Of a DNA stretch of 64,000 bases, positions 33,558 through 42,792 are shown piece after piece. The stretch is taken from the IMG/VR virus record IMGVR_UViG_3300043539_002606, positions 1 to 64,000 of that record; one strand, 5' to 3'. Source of the stretch: a virus. The notes under the pieces were generated by a model. The model ran no database searches. It was not told where the DNA came from and saw nothing but the letters and a program-made list of their open reading frames with translations. The number at the start of each line of letters is the position of its first letter. Position 1 is the stretch's first letter. Position numbers and translations under genes: made by a program.

Positions 33558-35135
33558 TCAAAGAGTATGCCACTCTCTTGCATTATCTATAAGCTCATCA
33601 TATGCACTGCCCGTTGATGATGTTGTTGAAACATAACCAAATGGTGGTAGATCCTCTTCCATCTCAAGCATCTTTTCGCTATATAACAACTCGCGCAGGT
33701 CAGTATCGCTCATGCCATTAAACACGTCCGTACTCACAAACCACGAGAAGAGTACGAAATTCATAACACTATCATCATGTGCGCCTTCACTTGCAGCAAA
33801 GCTATCACCCTTTGGTACAAAGTTTGCAAGTTCAGCAATAGTATATGCATCAACAATATGCAGTTTATTAGCTTCAAGCAAGTCTTTTAAGTTACTGCAG
33901 CCAATGCGTTTAACTTTTTTGGTCATGACAACGCCAATGCCATTGCTCTTAACAGCACTTGTCGTAAACATATTTTCATATTCATAGTCATAATAAACAG
34001 CATTACACACAACCTGACCAACGTCATTGTTTTCAATAATAACAAGTGCTTGATTATATTGCGTTGCTGCCCGAACAATAAGATTTGGAAATAGCAGTGG
34101 TGAAATGGTATTGTTGCGATAGGTACAAACCTGCTTAAATGGTTTAGTTGATATATCAATTACCGAGAAGGTGCTATAATCCTGTCCACGACCTTTACTA
34201 ACATCAGCTACAAGTATATAGGCATGATCTTCTTGTGGTGCCTCATAATAAACAATATCATGCTGCATATTAATTGGACTTTGTGCTTGCAAGCCCAACA
34301 AACATGTGCTGCCTATTAGTGTATCAGCGCTGCCAACAAATTCACAAGAGAACTCCTGTCGAAACTGTGCTTCACTTGTATTTGCAATTGTCTTTGCACG
34401 CCAATCATCATCTCGACCTGGCACATCACGCCAATTAATAGTAAACGGTTTAAATTCGTTGCTATTACTAATTGCGCCTTGCCATAGTTTATAGAACATA
34501 TTGCCAACACCATTTGGTGTGCTTGTAATAATAACCTTTGTATCACTGCCAGAACTAATTACTGGATAGGTTGAGGTATAAAACTCTTCAGCTTTATGCA
34601 CAAAGGCAAACTCATCAAGAAAAATAATGTTTGCACTTATGCCTCGAATACTGCTGCTGCTTGTTGCCGCTGCAATAATCTCACTATTATGAGCAAATAC
34701 AATATTACCTTTATTGAGCACTCGCACACCTGGCTGCAAAAAGAATGGCAGATTTTCAAGCATGAGAGTAAAGCGACTCAACATCTCGCGAGCAGTTGCA
34801 CCTTTATTAGCAAGCACTGCAACCTTTTTATCTGCATTGAAAACCATATAGTGCAGCAGCCATGCAACACTAGTCACACTCTTACCGCTCTGTCTAGGTG
34901 CTAGAACAATACTAAATCGATTATCACTATAGTGTTTTACAAGATTGCTCTGATAGCCTCGCAATTCAAATGGCACAAGTCCATGATCCAGACTAATAAC
35001 CTTTACATAATTCTTGCAAAAATATTCAACATCATTTCGGCAACGAATATATTCGCTAACTTCATGCGCTGAGAAATTTTGTTGTACCCCATCTGCTTTG
35101 ATTTTGGGATTTCCATTATATGAATTATTTTGCAT
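33558..35135 (-). CDS. gp17: Terminase large subunit
   Basis: YNGNPKIK, PRQSGKS, FLDEFAF, TSTPNG, DVSKGRGQDYS and HDDSVM motifs. Confidence 0.98.
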   Translation of the reverse strand: MQNNSYNGNPKIKADGVQQNFSAHEVSEYIRCRNDVEYFCKNYVKVISLDHGLVPFELRGYQSNLVKHYSDNRFSIVLAPRQSGKSVTSVAWLLHYMVFNADKKVAVLANKGATAREMLSRFTLMLENLPFFLQPGVRVLNKGNIVFAHNSEIIAAATSSSSIRGISANIIFLDEFAFVHKAEEFYTSTYPVISSGSDTKVIITSTPNGVGNMFYKLWQGAISNSNEFKPFTINWRDVPGRDDDWRAKTIANTSEAQFRQEFSCEFVGSADTLIGSTCLLGLQAQSPINMQHDIVYYEAPQEDHAYILVADVSKGRGQDYSTFSVIDISTKPFKQVCTYRNNTISPLLFPNLIVRAATQYNQALVIIENNDVGQVVCNAVYYDYEYENMFTTSAVKSNGIGVVMTKKVKRIGCSNLKDLLEANKLHIVDAYTIAELANFVPKGDSFAASEGAHDDSVMNFVLFSWFVSTDVFNGMSDTDLRELLYSEKMLEMEEDLPPFGYVSTTSSTGSAYDELIDNAREWHTL

Positions 35136-35141
35136 TTTTTT

Positions 35142-35170
35142 GTTTACAAACTTTCAACATTATGTATAAT
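35142..35170 (+). promoter_or_regulatory. Antisense-oriented sigma70-type promoter, copy 2
   Basis: GTTTAC-17 nt-TATAAT in the gp16/gp17 gap. Confidence 0.75.
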
Positions 35171-35209
35171 AGGTGCCATGCACCTTCGGCTGAATGTAAT
35201 GAAGCCGAT
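35162..35209 (+). repeat. 48-bp exact repeat, copy 2
   Basis: Identical to 21768-21815. Confidence 0.95.
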
Positions 35210-35222
35210 TGCTACATCTTAT

Positions 35223-35657
35223 CTATGCCTGTTGATTGCTTAAGAATTTTTGAAGTTCAATAGTTGTACCAACAAAAATTGCATTGTTTGTTGTACTATT
35301 TGCCTCATTAGGTTTATTTCCTTTGATCAACAGCTTACGCTGCTTTTGAAGATCAAGTAGCTGCTGATTCATTTCAGCACTTTGTTTAATCATATTGCCA
35401 AGCACCTCATATGCCCGAGGATGTTCAGCATCGGTAGCAAGTGCATGTAAATTACTAATTACTTCATCACTTGTATCAAGCAATTTTTTCATGCGCACTC
35501 GAGCATATTCAAAATCATCCTGTGCATCGCTTATTAGTGCTTCATCGCTTGGCTCAGGTGTTAAAATCTTTGGAGCTGGTGGGGCTGGCATCATAATCTC
35601 AAGCTGACCAGTCAAATTTTTCATTAACTCGCTCTTATGGGATTGGTCTGGTTTCAT
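35223..35657 (-). CDS. gp16: Terminase small subunit
   Basis: DDFEYAR, HPRAYEVL and NNAIFVGTT.ELQKFL motifs. Confidence 0.93.
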   Translation of the reverse strand: MKPDQSHKSELMKNLTGQLEIMMPAPPAPKILTPEPSDEALISDAQDDFEYARVRMKKLLDTSDEVISNLHALATDAEHPRAYEVLGNMIKQSAEMNQQLLDLQKQRKLLIKGNKPNEANSTTNNAIFVGTTIELQKFLSNQQA

Positions 35658-36441
35658 AAGTTACTGGTATGGGTGGAAATTGTTCCTCAAAATATTCAAT
35701 CTCAAAGCCTTCATTAAGGGATGTTTGATCCTCAAAGTGTGCACGTGTTCGAGTTGACACCAAAGGATCTGCATCAGGCTCACTGTCAAAGTCAAAATAG
35801 CTAACATCAACTGCACTAATTAATCCGCCTCCTGCACTTAGATTAATTGGAGCGCTGATAAATTTAACGCGCACATCAAAGTCAAGGGTGTAGATAACAG
35901 TTCTTCTGCTATTTTCATAATCACCTTCATAGTTGTCTTCTTTATTAACCGCAGTTAGACTAACGGGTATATCTGTCAAACTATCAGGACCTTCTAGACC
36001 CTTTGCAGTAACACTATATGTTGGATTGAAATATGGCAAGATCTGTTCAACAATTTGCATTGCCTCGTCATGACCGCGACTTATAATGCTAAGACTAAAG
36101 TTTAGGATATATGGCACAGCTTGCCAGACTTTAACAACATTGTCTCCGTCTTGTTGTACAGTGCGATTCATGCGATTAAGCTTTGATTCTGTGTCAAGAT
36201 TCATGCTTGTTATTTCAAAAGCCATGCGAGGCAATTTGATACTAATAGCATCAGCTGGACCTTTAGCATTAATACGAGAAAGATAGCGTTCGATCGGTGC
36301 ATAGGTTAATGGCACACGAACTGTGCCAACACCTGCTCCATTTTCAGCAGGACGTACAATCTTTATATCATTAAAAAGTGTGCCAAAAATAGCTACAGTC
36401 TTTTTAATGGTTTTGTTATAATAATATTCGCGACTCATCAT
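35635..36441 (-). CDS. gp15: Tail sheath stabiliser / completion protein
   Basis: FGTLFNDI, VPLTYAP, LPRMAFE and QIVEQILPYFNP motifs. Confidence 0.95.
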   Translation of the reverse strand: MMSREYYYNKTIKKTVAIFGTLFNDIKIVRPAENGAGVGTVRVPLTYAPIERYLSRINAKGPADAISIKLPRMAFEITSMNLDTESKLNRMNRTVQQDGDNVVKVWQAVPYILNFSLSIISRGHDEAMQIVEQILPYFNPTYSVTAKGLEGPDSLTDIPVSLTAVNKEDNYEGDYENSRRTVIYTLDFDVRVKFISAPINLSAGGGLISAVDVSYFDFDSEPDADPLVSTRTRAHFEDQTSLNEGFEIEYFEEQFPPIPVTYETRPIP

Positions 36442-36444
36442 GGC

Positions 36445-37365
36445 TTAACTAGGCTCCCCAAATGGATTATCTTCAGAGAAATCAATAAAGTCCTCTTCAA
36501 TTGCTGTTTGTTTAAATTTGCTATTTTGACTCATGCGATCATTGTTGAATAGCAAATCGTTATTATCACCAATGACATAGCTATCTATAACTGTTGCAAC
36601 TGCACCTGATTTTGTGCCAGTAAAGACAGTGCCAACACCAAGTTGGGTAGGCGCTCCTGTTGTAAAGGTTGGCACACCTACAATTATTTGATTTTTATTT
36701 TCGTCAAGTTTATATTTGTAGAATTTAACAAGACCGCTTGTTCCAGAGAATGTAAATGTTAGGCTTTCACCAGCAAGAAACTCACCAGTTGCCGTTGTAG
36801 AATTATATTCAAAAATATTACTATCGCTGTTATTATATTCAATGCTATCAATCTCGTGCACACCTGTGTTTATATTCTGACTTTCATATTCAAAAAGTTC
36901 ACATGTGAGTGTCCAGATCGGTGCATCCTTTAATTGTAAAAAGGGCTTTTCATTTTCCACATATTTGATTTCAAATAATTTTTTAATAGGACTAAGCGGA
37001 AAGAATATAAGATCACCTTCTGTTGGTCGATTATTATTAACACCAAACCCATAACGACCAACTCCTTGAATCCAACGACGTTTGCTAACAACAAGATTCA
37101 TCTGATCTCGTATCTCGAGGCCAAATTTACCAAGCAGCTTGCCATCACCCTCATAGCCATCAATACTTTCAACATACATTTCAATCTTAAAACTATGGAT
37201 GAAATTGCTTAGCAGATCTTCGTTTAGGATATTATCTTTTGTTACAATATGACGAGGTATATAATAGACGTCGGTGCCATAGATCTTAATGGCCTCAATG
37301 ATTAGATTTTCATAGAGTTCCTTTTCTGATCTCTGACCATTCTGGAAATATTGATTAACTGGCAT
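36445..37365 (-). CDS. gp14: Neck protein
   Basis: IIEAIKIYGTDVYYIPR, KFGLEIRD, RPTEGDLI and DFSEDNPFG motifs. Confidence 0.95.
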   Translation of the reverse strand: MPVNQYFQNGQRSEKELYENLIIEAIKIYGTDVYYIPRHIVTKDNILNEDLLSNFIHSFKIEMYVESIDGYEGDGKLLGKFGLEIRDQMNLVVSKRRWIQGVGRYGFGVNNNRPTEGDLIFFPLSPIKKLFEIKYVENEKPFLQLKDAPIWTLTCELFEYESQNINTGVHEIDSIEYNNSDSNIFEYNSTTATGEFLAGESLTFTFSGTSGLVKFYKYKLDENKNQIIVGVPTFTTGAPTQLGVGTVFTGTKSGAVATVIDSYVIGDNNDLLFNNDRMSQNSKFKQTAIEEDFIDFSEDNPFGEPS

Positions 37366-37368
37366 AAT

Positions 37369-38118
37369 TTATCCAACAAAAAAGTCAACAGGATTGCTAT
37401 AGAAAAGATCAAATCTTTCTTTAAGTTCTTTGAGATCTGTGACAGCATCATCATAGATCTGACGACCACTAATTGTCACACCGCCTGGTAATTGCATGCC
37501 TTCGAACTTGCTAAGATTCTGACCCCATTGTTTTTTAATCATTAGTGTCAGCAGCTCTTTAAGTGCCATGTCATTATAAACATCTGGATAGCCATTAGGA
37601 TCGACGCTCGTATAGCATTCAATAATAATAAAGTCACCTACTTTTGTTTTATCTCGCAATAGACCATGAAATTGAAGAGTGTCCATGTGACGAGCATAGC
37701 TTAATTGACCAGTATGACCTGTGATAATATTCTGCACAAGACTAATATATTGACTTGTCATCTCATAGTTAATAATGCCACCTGGGTTTCTCAGACCATA
37801 TACGTCATTAAGAAACATTTGATATTTAGCGCTAAACATACTCGCGCTGCTCGTATCATTAAAACTAAGTATTCGAGTGACACTTAAGATATTCTCTGGC
37901 AAATTGCTAATCTTATTGTCATCGAGATCAGATTGTGTAATCTCATGCTTAAGAAGTGTGCGTACAACTGCGTCGCTGTGATATTCTTGCCAATATTGAA
38001 TTGCTTCATCAATGCGATCCTCTAATTGATCGTCATCAATATTAATCTCCATAACTGGTGCACCAAGTGCGCGCAAACAATAGTCGGCCAGTTCTTGTCT
38101 TGTACTAGGTCTTGCCAT
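37369..38118 (-). CDS. gp13: Neck protein
   Basis: YCLRALGAPVMEINI and KKQWGQNLSKFEGMQLPGGV motifs; TATAAATA at 38124-38131. Confidence 0.96.
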   Translation of the reverse strand: MARPSTRQELADYCLRALGAPVMEINIDDDQLEDRIDEAIQYWQEYHSDAVVRTLLKHEITQSDLDDNKISNLPENILSVTRILSFNDTSSASMFSAKYQMFLNDVYGLRNPGGIINYEMTSQYISLVQNIITGHTGQLSYARHMDTLQFHGLLRDKTKVGDFIIIECYTSVDPNGYPDVYNDMALKELLTLMIKKQWGQNLSKFEGMQLPGGVTISGRQIYDDAVTDLKELKERFDLFYSNPVDFFVG

Positions 38119-38147
38119 AAGACTATTTATATGTTAAATAAGATCAT

Positions 38148-38744
38148 TCAATTCTTTTCTTTTTTACATATGTAGGGCAAGCTAATGACTACGCTTAGCA
38201 TTGCAGCACTATATAAAAAATTCTTGAATCGTTCTAAAGATTGTGTAATCTTTACAGCATTTGAATTTACATAAGACGTCTTGATATTTAGAATCTCATT
38301 TATGGCAGAGACTGTTGGATCAGTTAAGCTATACATTTCTTGCACAACATTTGATTTGTTAACGCTAATATCTTCAGTCAACACTTTATCAATAAAAAGA
38401 TCTATCTTAACGTCATTGTCTTTTATAAGCTGCATATATGCAAGTTCATCTGGCGTAGTAGTTTTAAAATATTCATTAAGCAGTTTATTTTTTTCTTCGC
38501 GCTGACTTAACAAGATCTTTTTTAAATCTTCTTTGCTTTGCATGCCATATGAAAATTTAATAATGTTATCAACTATGGTTAATCCATACCAGTCGAATAC
38601 CAGGCCGATATTTTCAACTGTTGCTTTTTGCTGTGTCAAATTATCATTTATGGTTTTCTCAACATGATTCACTGTCTTAACACCTTGAAAGACAAATCCA
38701 AGAATGATTATTGTTAAGCAAATAATAAAGGTTCTTGGTTTCAT
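38148..38744 (-). CDS. Two-TM membrane protein with a chemoreceptor-type four-helix-bundle (4HB_MCP-like) periplasmic domain and no cytoplasmic signalling domain
   Basis: N- and C-terminal hydrophobic helices around about 150 aa of helical sequence with V.D.Y...IVD...K...G..S, Y..T.TP.E and E.Y...DP motifs. Confidence 0.6.
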   Translation of the reverse strand: MKPRTFIICLTIIILGFVFQGVKTVNHVEKTINDNLTQQKATVENIGLVFDWYGLTIVDNIIKFSYGMQSKEDLKKILLSQREEKNKLLNEYFKTTTPDELAYMQLIKDNDVKIDLFIDKVLTEDISVNKSNVVQEMYSLTDPTVSAINEILNIKTSYVNSNAVKITQSLERFKNFLYSAAMLSVVISLPYICKKEKN

Positions 38745-39058
38745 CTTTTGATAAATTTTTCAGGATTGTTTTGAAATTTTTTTCCAAGCTTAACGAGGCC
38801 GTTAATAATCTCTGGACTCACTACGCCGATGATACCATATGCAATAGCTTTATACAAACTAGAAATATCTGTTTGTTCAAGAATAAACCAGGCAATACCA
38901 GATGCGATTGCTGCACTAAATATTTTCTTAAGCTGTTCAAGTAAACTAAATTTAGTATCACTTGACATTAAGCGCGCTAGCATTGCAGCGGCACCAATAA
39001 GAGGAATAATCCATCCACCTTCGATAAATTGTTTTGCTAGAGCTCTAAAGTCTTCCAT
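38741..39058 (-). CDS. Holin-like small membrane protein (about 3 TM helices, basic C-terminus)
   Basis: 105 aa with three Gly/Ala-rich hydrophobic segments and a KLGKKF...KFIKR tail; TATAAATA at 39065-39072. Confidence 0.65.
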   Translation of the reverse strand: MEDFRALAKQFIEGGWIIPLIGAAAMLARLMSSDTKFSLLEQLKKIFSAAIASGIAWFILEQTDISSLYKAIAYGIIGVVSPEIINGLVKLGKKFQNNPEKFIKR

Positions 39059-39092
39059 AAATACTATTTATAAAAATAACAATATTAAGATT

Positions 39093-39260
39093 ATGAAACG
39101 TATATCTATCAATGACAATTACAAACAGCTATTCTGGAAACTTGGTTGCGGAACAGTTGAATATATCGAAATCTATAATGAAGATGGAGATAAACTATAT
39201 TTTAGAGCCGGCTCAGGTCGGTTTCATATGTTAAGGGGGGAGCTAGCTGATTATCAATAA
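39093..39260 (+). CDS. Small hypothetical protein (55 aa); the only plausible plus-strand gene
   Basis: MKRISINDNYKQLFWKLGCGTVEYIEIYNEDGDKLYFRAGSGRFHMLRGELADYQ fills an otherwise empty gap and has an AT-rich leader. Confidence 0.5.
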   Translation: MKRISINDNYKQLFWKLGCGTVEYIEIYNEDGDKLYFRAGSGRFHMLRGELADYQ

Positions 39261-39622
39261 GCTAGCTCAATTTTTTTCCAGGCACGGCCGCCATTCTCTG
39301 CAAAATCAGCTGGCACAACATAGTCAAGATCATAGAGAATAGTTTCAAGAATAACTGGCACAATCTGATAAAATTCAAGTGCTGGTGCGGCTCCTAATCC
39401 TGCAGTTGCATTCATAATGCCTATAACTGCATTTGTTGGAAACTCAGTACTAACAATAGTACTTACACCGGCTGTAGTTGTAATTGACAGGAAAAAAACA
39501 ATTGGATATGCAAGCGGACTATAGTCAACTGTATATGCACCCAATTGATTTAATGCAGCACGCGACTCGTTGTATGTCGCGGCTGTCAGCAATGTATCGA
39601 CGTTTTGTGTAACTTTTGGCAT
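39254..39622 (-). CDS. Hypothetical late protein
   Basis: ORF with CATAAATA 5 nt upstream (39628-39635). Confidence 0.7.
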   Translation of the reverse strand: MPKVTQNVDTLLTAATYNESRAALNQLGAYTVDYSPLAYPIVFFLSITTTAGVSTIVSTEFPTNAVIGIMNATAGLGAAPALEFYQIVPVILETILYDLDYVVPADFAENGGRAWKKIELAY

Positions 39623-39630
39623 AAACCTAT

Positions 39631-40071
39631 TTATGCTGTTATATCGCTGGTCTCTTCAGTAATAATTTCAGGCTCTGGAGTTATAACCTCTTCAATCACT
39701 TGTGGCTCAACAATAATTTCAGGCTCTGGAGTTATAACCTCTTTTACGATTAAAGAAACAACTCCATCAACAATTTCAAACTCTCGACCTGCAACAGCAA
39801 TTGCTGTGACTCCTTCGCTATTTGCTCTGCTCTTAATTTCATTTAATGCTGTAGCACTATATTCATGATTAGTGAATAACGACAAGAGTTGATTGTTGTC
39901 ATATAGCTTTTGTAGAACCGCTGTCAATCTATCGTCAGGTAGACTCCAAAAAACTCGGTGAGAGTTATTGAGAGAATCTATAGCAGCATTAACAGCATTC
40001 AAAAATGTTGTTGCTGATGCTTCTATACTGGCGATGTCAATATCTATTTGTTGTTTTGTTATTAAGTTCAT
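39631..40071 (-). CDS. Hypothetical fibre-associated protein with an EVITPEPEII repeat
   Basis: ORF directly after the fibre gene; 32-bp direct repeat at 39661-39692 and 39712-39743. Confidence 0.7.
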   Translation of the reverse strand: MNLITKQQIDIDIASIEASATTFLNAVNAAIDSLNNSHRVFWSLPDDRLTAVLQKLYDNNQLLSLFTNHEYSATALNEIKSRANSEGVTAIAVAGREFEIVDGVVSLIVKEVITPEPEIIVEPQVIEEVITPEPEIITEETSDITA

Positions 40072-40074
40072 ATT

Positions 40075-42753
40075 TTAAAATCTTAGTGAGTTCCAATTTG
40101 ATGGGGCTGATGAAGTTCCTGTTACTTTATAATGTAGGTAATCTATGAAAAGTTGAGATCTATTAGGAGCAGTATAAACGAAATGTCCACTTTGCAGACC
40201 AATCTCATTACTAGCACCAGTGGTATGTAAACCATTTCTGTTTGTCCATGTGCTAACAACGGGGTGCGTAGCTACATTATAACTAGCTTGAAATAGGACT
40301 ACATTATCCCTAGAGATAATGATTGTTATAGTAGGTCCAACCGCACGATCAATCTTATATGTTATGTTCACCCATTTAAATAACAGGTCAGTGAAATTAA
40401 CTCCAGTGTTTAAGAAGTCAACATTTGCTGATGTAGTTGTAAATGTAAATGGAGTTACAACGCCAGATTTATGAACTCCAAGAACTAAATTAGTGGGGTG
40501 TAGATAAGGATTAAATATCAAACCTCCTTGTAATGTAGTATCAGATCCTCCTGTTCCACCTTTTTGTATTGGTCCAACTTTCAAATATCCTTGAGTCGCA
40601 AAATCATTACCAGTTATAAATACACGAGATGTAAATTCATCTACTCTATTTGTTAAGCCATATGGTATAGTTGTTCTGTTTATGCCAATGTAGAATGCTT
40701 GACTATTTGCAGTTGGTCCTCTAACAAGAAAAACGCCTCGATGTGTATATAAATCATTACCTGTAAATCCAGGTGCATACACGTTACCTGAAACCCAAGT
40801 ATCACCAAAAACTGGACTTGCTGCAAACGTTGTCGCACCAGAAGCAGCAGTTATTATAAGATCTTGGTTATATTGATCATCAAAATCTAAAAATTGCTCC
40901 CATGTAGTTTGAACAAATGTAGTGTCATCAATGATTCTTTTGTTTCGGCTAGTATATCGAGAGTCTGCCGATCCTTTTATAATTATATCAGATGTAGCGA
41001 CAGCCAATTGATTTGGCAATCTATTTGCAGTTCCATTTCCAACAATACTATCAGAGAATGTCTTTACTCCAGCTATTGTTTGATCTCCAGTTGAGTATGC
41101 CAAATTGCTTGCAGTTACATTTCCACTAGCAATTATATTACCAGAGACAGTTAGTTTTTCAGTTGGTGATGTTGTGCCTATACCTACATTACCTGCAAAA
41201 TATCCATTGCCTTGATAATCAATAGTGTGAATAAGAGAACCTCCAAGAGTGTATCTTGTAAAGAATTTAGAACCTGTGCCACCAGTTCCACCAGTAGCAT
41301 CAATGTTAAACAGTGAATATCCACCTGTACCTGTATTATTTAATGCAACCGTGCCAAGTGTAAGTAGTTTATTCTCACCCCCTGAAGCAGTCCAAGTAGT
41401 GGGGTTATATCTGACAAATGATGTATTGCCGAGAGAGGTTCCTGAGTCAATAATAGAAGCCCAATCAGTACCACCTCTTTCCAAATCAAAGTTCAACGCC
41501 ACTGAAATATTGGAAGATTTTAATCTTACTTTCCTTAATGCTCCTGTACCTCTACCAAAAGTTCCAACTTCAAATACGTTGTTAATCCAGTTTAGTCCAC
41601 CGTATTCAACATTGTTCTCTTCATCTGTTGTGTTGTATAAGACGACCTGCGGAAACGTTGTACCAGTTGCAACTTCTCTTTTCGACATTCTAAACGAATT
41701 ATACGGATTTGCGAGTTTCAATGCTCCAGTGCTGTCTATTTCGATGTTTTTAGTTCCATCAGCAAATATATTACAAGCTGTTGTATTACCTACGAAGCGT
41801 GTTCTATATTGTAAGTTAGAAGTAACAGTTGCAGTATTATCTACATACAAAGTGGTTGTATTGTCACTAACCGTTGCTAAAAAACCAGCCACAGCAGTTG
41901 AAGTTCCACGATAAATTTTCCTTGCTATTACTTTCGGATCACTTGATACAGGGAGTGTTACATTGACCTGTGCATTTGCGGCAGAAGCTACTGTTATATT
42001 TGCAGAATCACCAAACTCCGTTTCGCCATCTGCTGTAACATAAGTTATATGATAGTAGTTTGTTCCAACTGGAACATTACCAGCAAGACCAGCTAGAGCT
42101 AGTGTAGGTGCTATAGGTTTTGTAACATAATCGAAATCAATACCTTGCTTTATTATACTTAATCTATTCTCTAGATCAACATTACTACTGATAACAAATT
42201 TAGCACCTGATCCTACTGCACTAAGAATAGTACTACCTACGGAATTTGTTGTAGCGTTCCAGTAATTATTTGTATCATAACCAAATCTTACTTGCTCTGT
42301 TGTGGAGATTGTGTGAAGTTTAGCTGACGGTGTTGTTGTACCGATACCAACATTACCCGCAGCAAAATTATGAATCGTTGTTGAAGCGTTACCGTAATTG
42401 ATCGTTGTGAAATATGTAGCAGCTCCTAGCGTTAATGAATTAGCTCCTTGAGTGAGAGATTGTTGGCTGTTCAAATATAAAATATAGCCGCCGCATAATA
42501 TATTACCACCAATCTTAGCTGCTCCCACTACATCTAGTGCGTAGCCAGCAGTTGGTGATGTTGTACCAATGCCTACACTATTATTGACACTATCAACAAA
42601 CAATGTATTTGTATCAACTGTTAAATTACCGCTTAAAGATAATGTATTATTAATCTGTGTCGGCACTGACAAAGTAAAGGAACCATCATTGTTGATGTTG
42701 GTTTGTGCAGCACTTGGTGCTAATACTTTTGATGTGATTTTAGTTCTTGCCAT
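40075..42753 (-). CDS. Tail fibre / adhesin with GNVGIGTT(S/T)P repeats
   Basis: Three (N/S)VGIGTT.P repeats, GDQTIAGVKTF fibre motif, G/T/S/N-rich composition. Confidence 0.75.
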   Translation of the reverse strand: MARTKITSKVLAPSAAQTNINNDGSFTLSVPTQINNTLSLSGNLTVDTNTLFVDSVNNSVGIGTTSPTAGYALDVVGAAKIGGNILCGGYILYLNSQQSLTQGANSLTLGAATYFTTINYGNASTTIHNFAAGNVGIGTTTPSAKLHTISTTEQVRFGYDTNNYWNATTNSVGSTILSAVGSGAKFVISSNVDLENRLSIIKQGIDFDYVTKPIAPTLALAGLAGNVPVGTNYYHITYVTADGETEFGDSANITVASAANAQVNVTLPVSSDPKVIARKIYRGTSTAVAGFLATVSDNTTTLYVDNTATVTSNLQYRTRFVGNTTACNIFADGTKNIEIDSTGALKLANPYNSFRMSKREVATGTTFPQVVLYNTTDEENNVEYGGLNWINNVFEVGTFGRGTGALRKVRLKSSNISVALNFDLERGGTDWASIIDSGTSLGNTSFVRYNPTTWTASGGENKLLTLGTVALNNTGTGGYSLFNIDATGGTGGTGSKFFTRYTLGGSLIHTIDYQGNGYFAGNVGIGTTSPTEKLTVSGNIIASGNVTASNLAYSTGDQTIAGVKTFSDSIVGNGTANRLPNQLAVATSDIIIKGSADSRYTSRNKRIIDDTTFVQTTWEQFLDFDDQYNQDLIITAASGATTFAASPVFGDTWVSGNVYAPGFTGNDLYTHRGVFLVRGPTANSQAFYIGINRTTIPYGLTNRVDEFTSRVFITGNDFATQGYLKVGPIQKGGTGGSDTTLQGGLIFNPYLHPTNLVLGVHKSGVVTPFTFTTTSANVDFLNTGVNFTDLLFKWVNITYKIDRAVGPTITIIISRDNVVLFQASYNVATHPVVSTWTNRNGLHTTGASNEIGLQSGHFVYTAPNRSQLFIDYLHYKVTGTSSAPSNWNSLRF

Positions 42754-42792
42754 TGTGATTTTTTGTTTGTGACATTGTTATAAATTTAAATA

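Noticed and set aside
7410-35135. Introns, inteins or homing endonucleases in gp43, gp46, uvsW, gp20 or gp17
   Set aside because: All are uninterrupted and of normal length; no HNH, GIY-YIG or LAGLIDADG ORFs were recognised
21768-35209. The 48-bp repeat as a CRISPR repeat, tRNA fragment or att site
   Set aside because: Only two copies 13.4 kb apart enclosing essential head and tail genes; no spacers, no cloverleaf, no integrase
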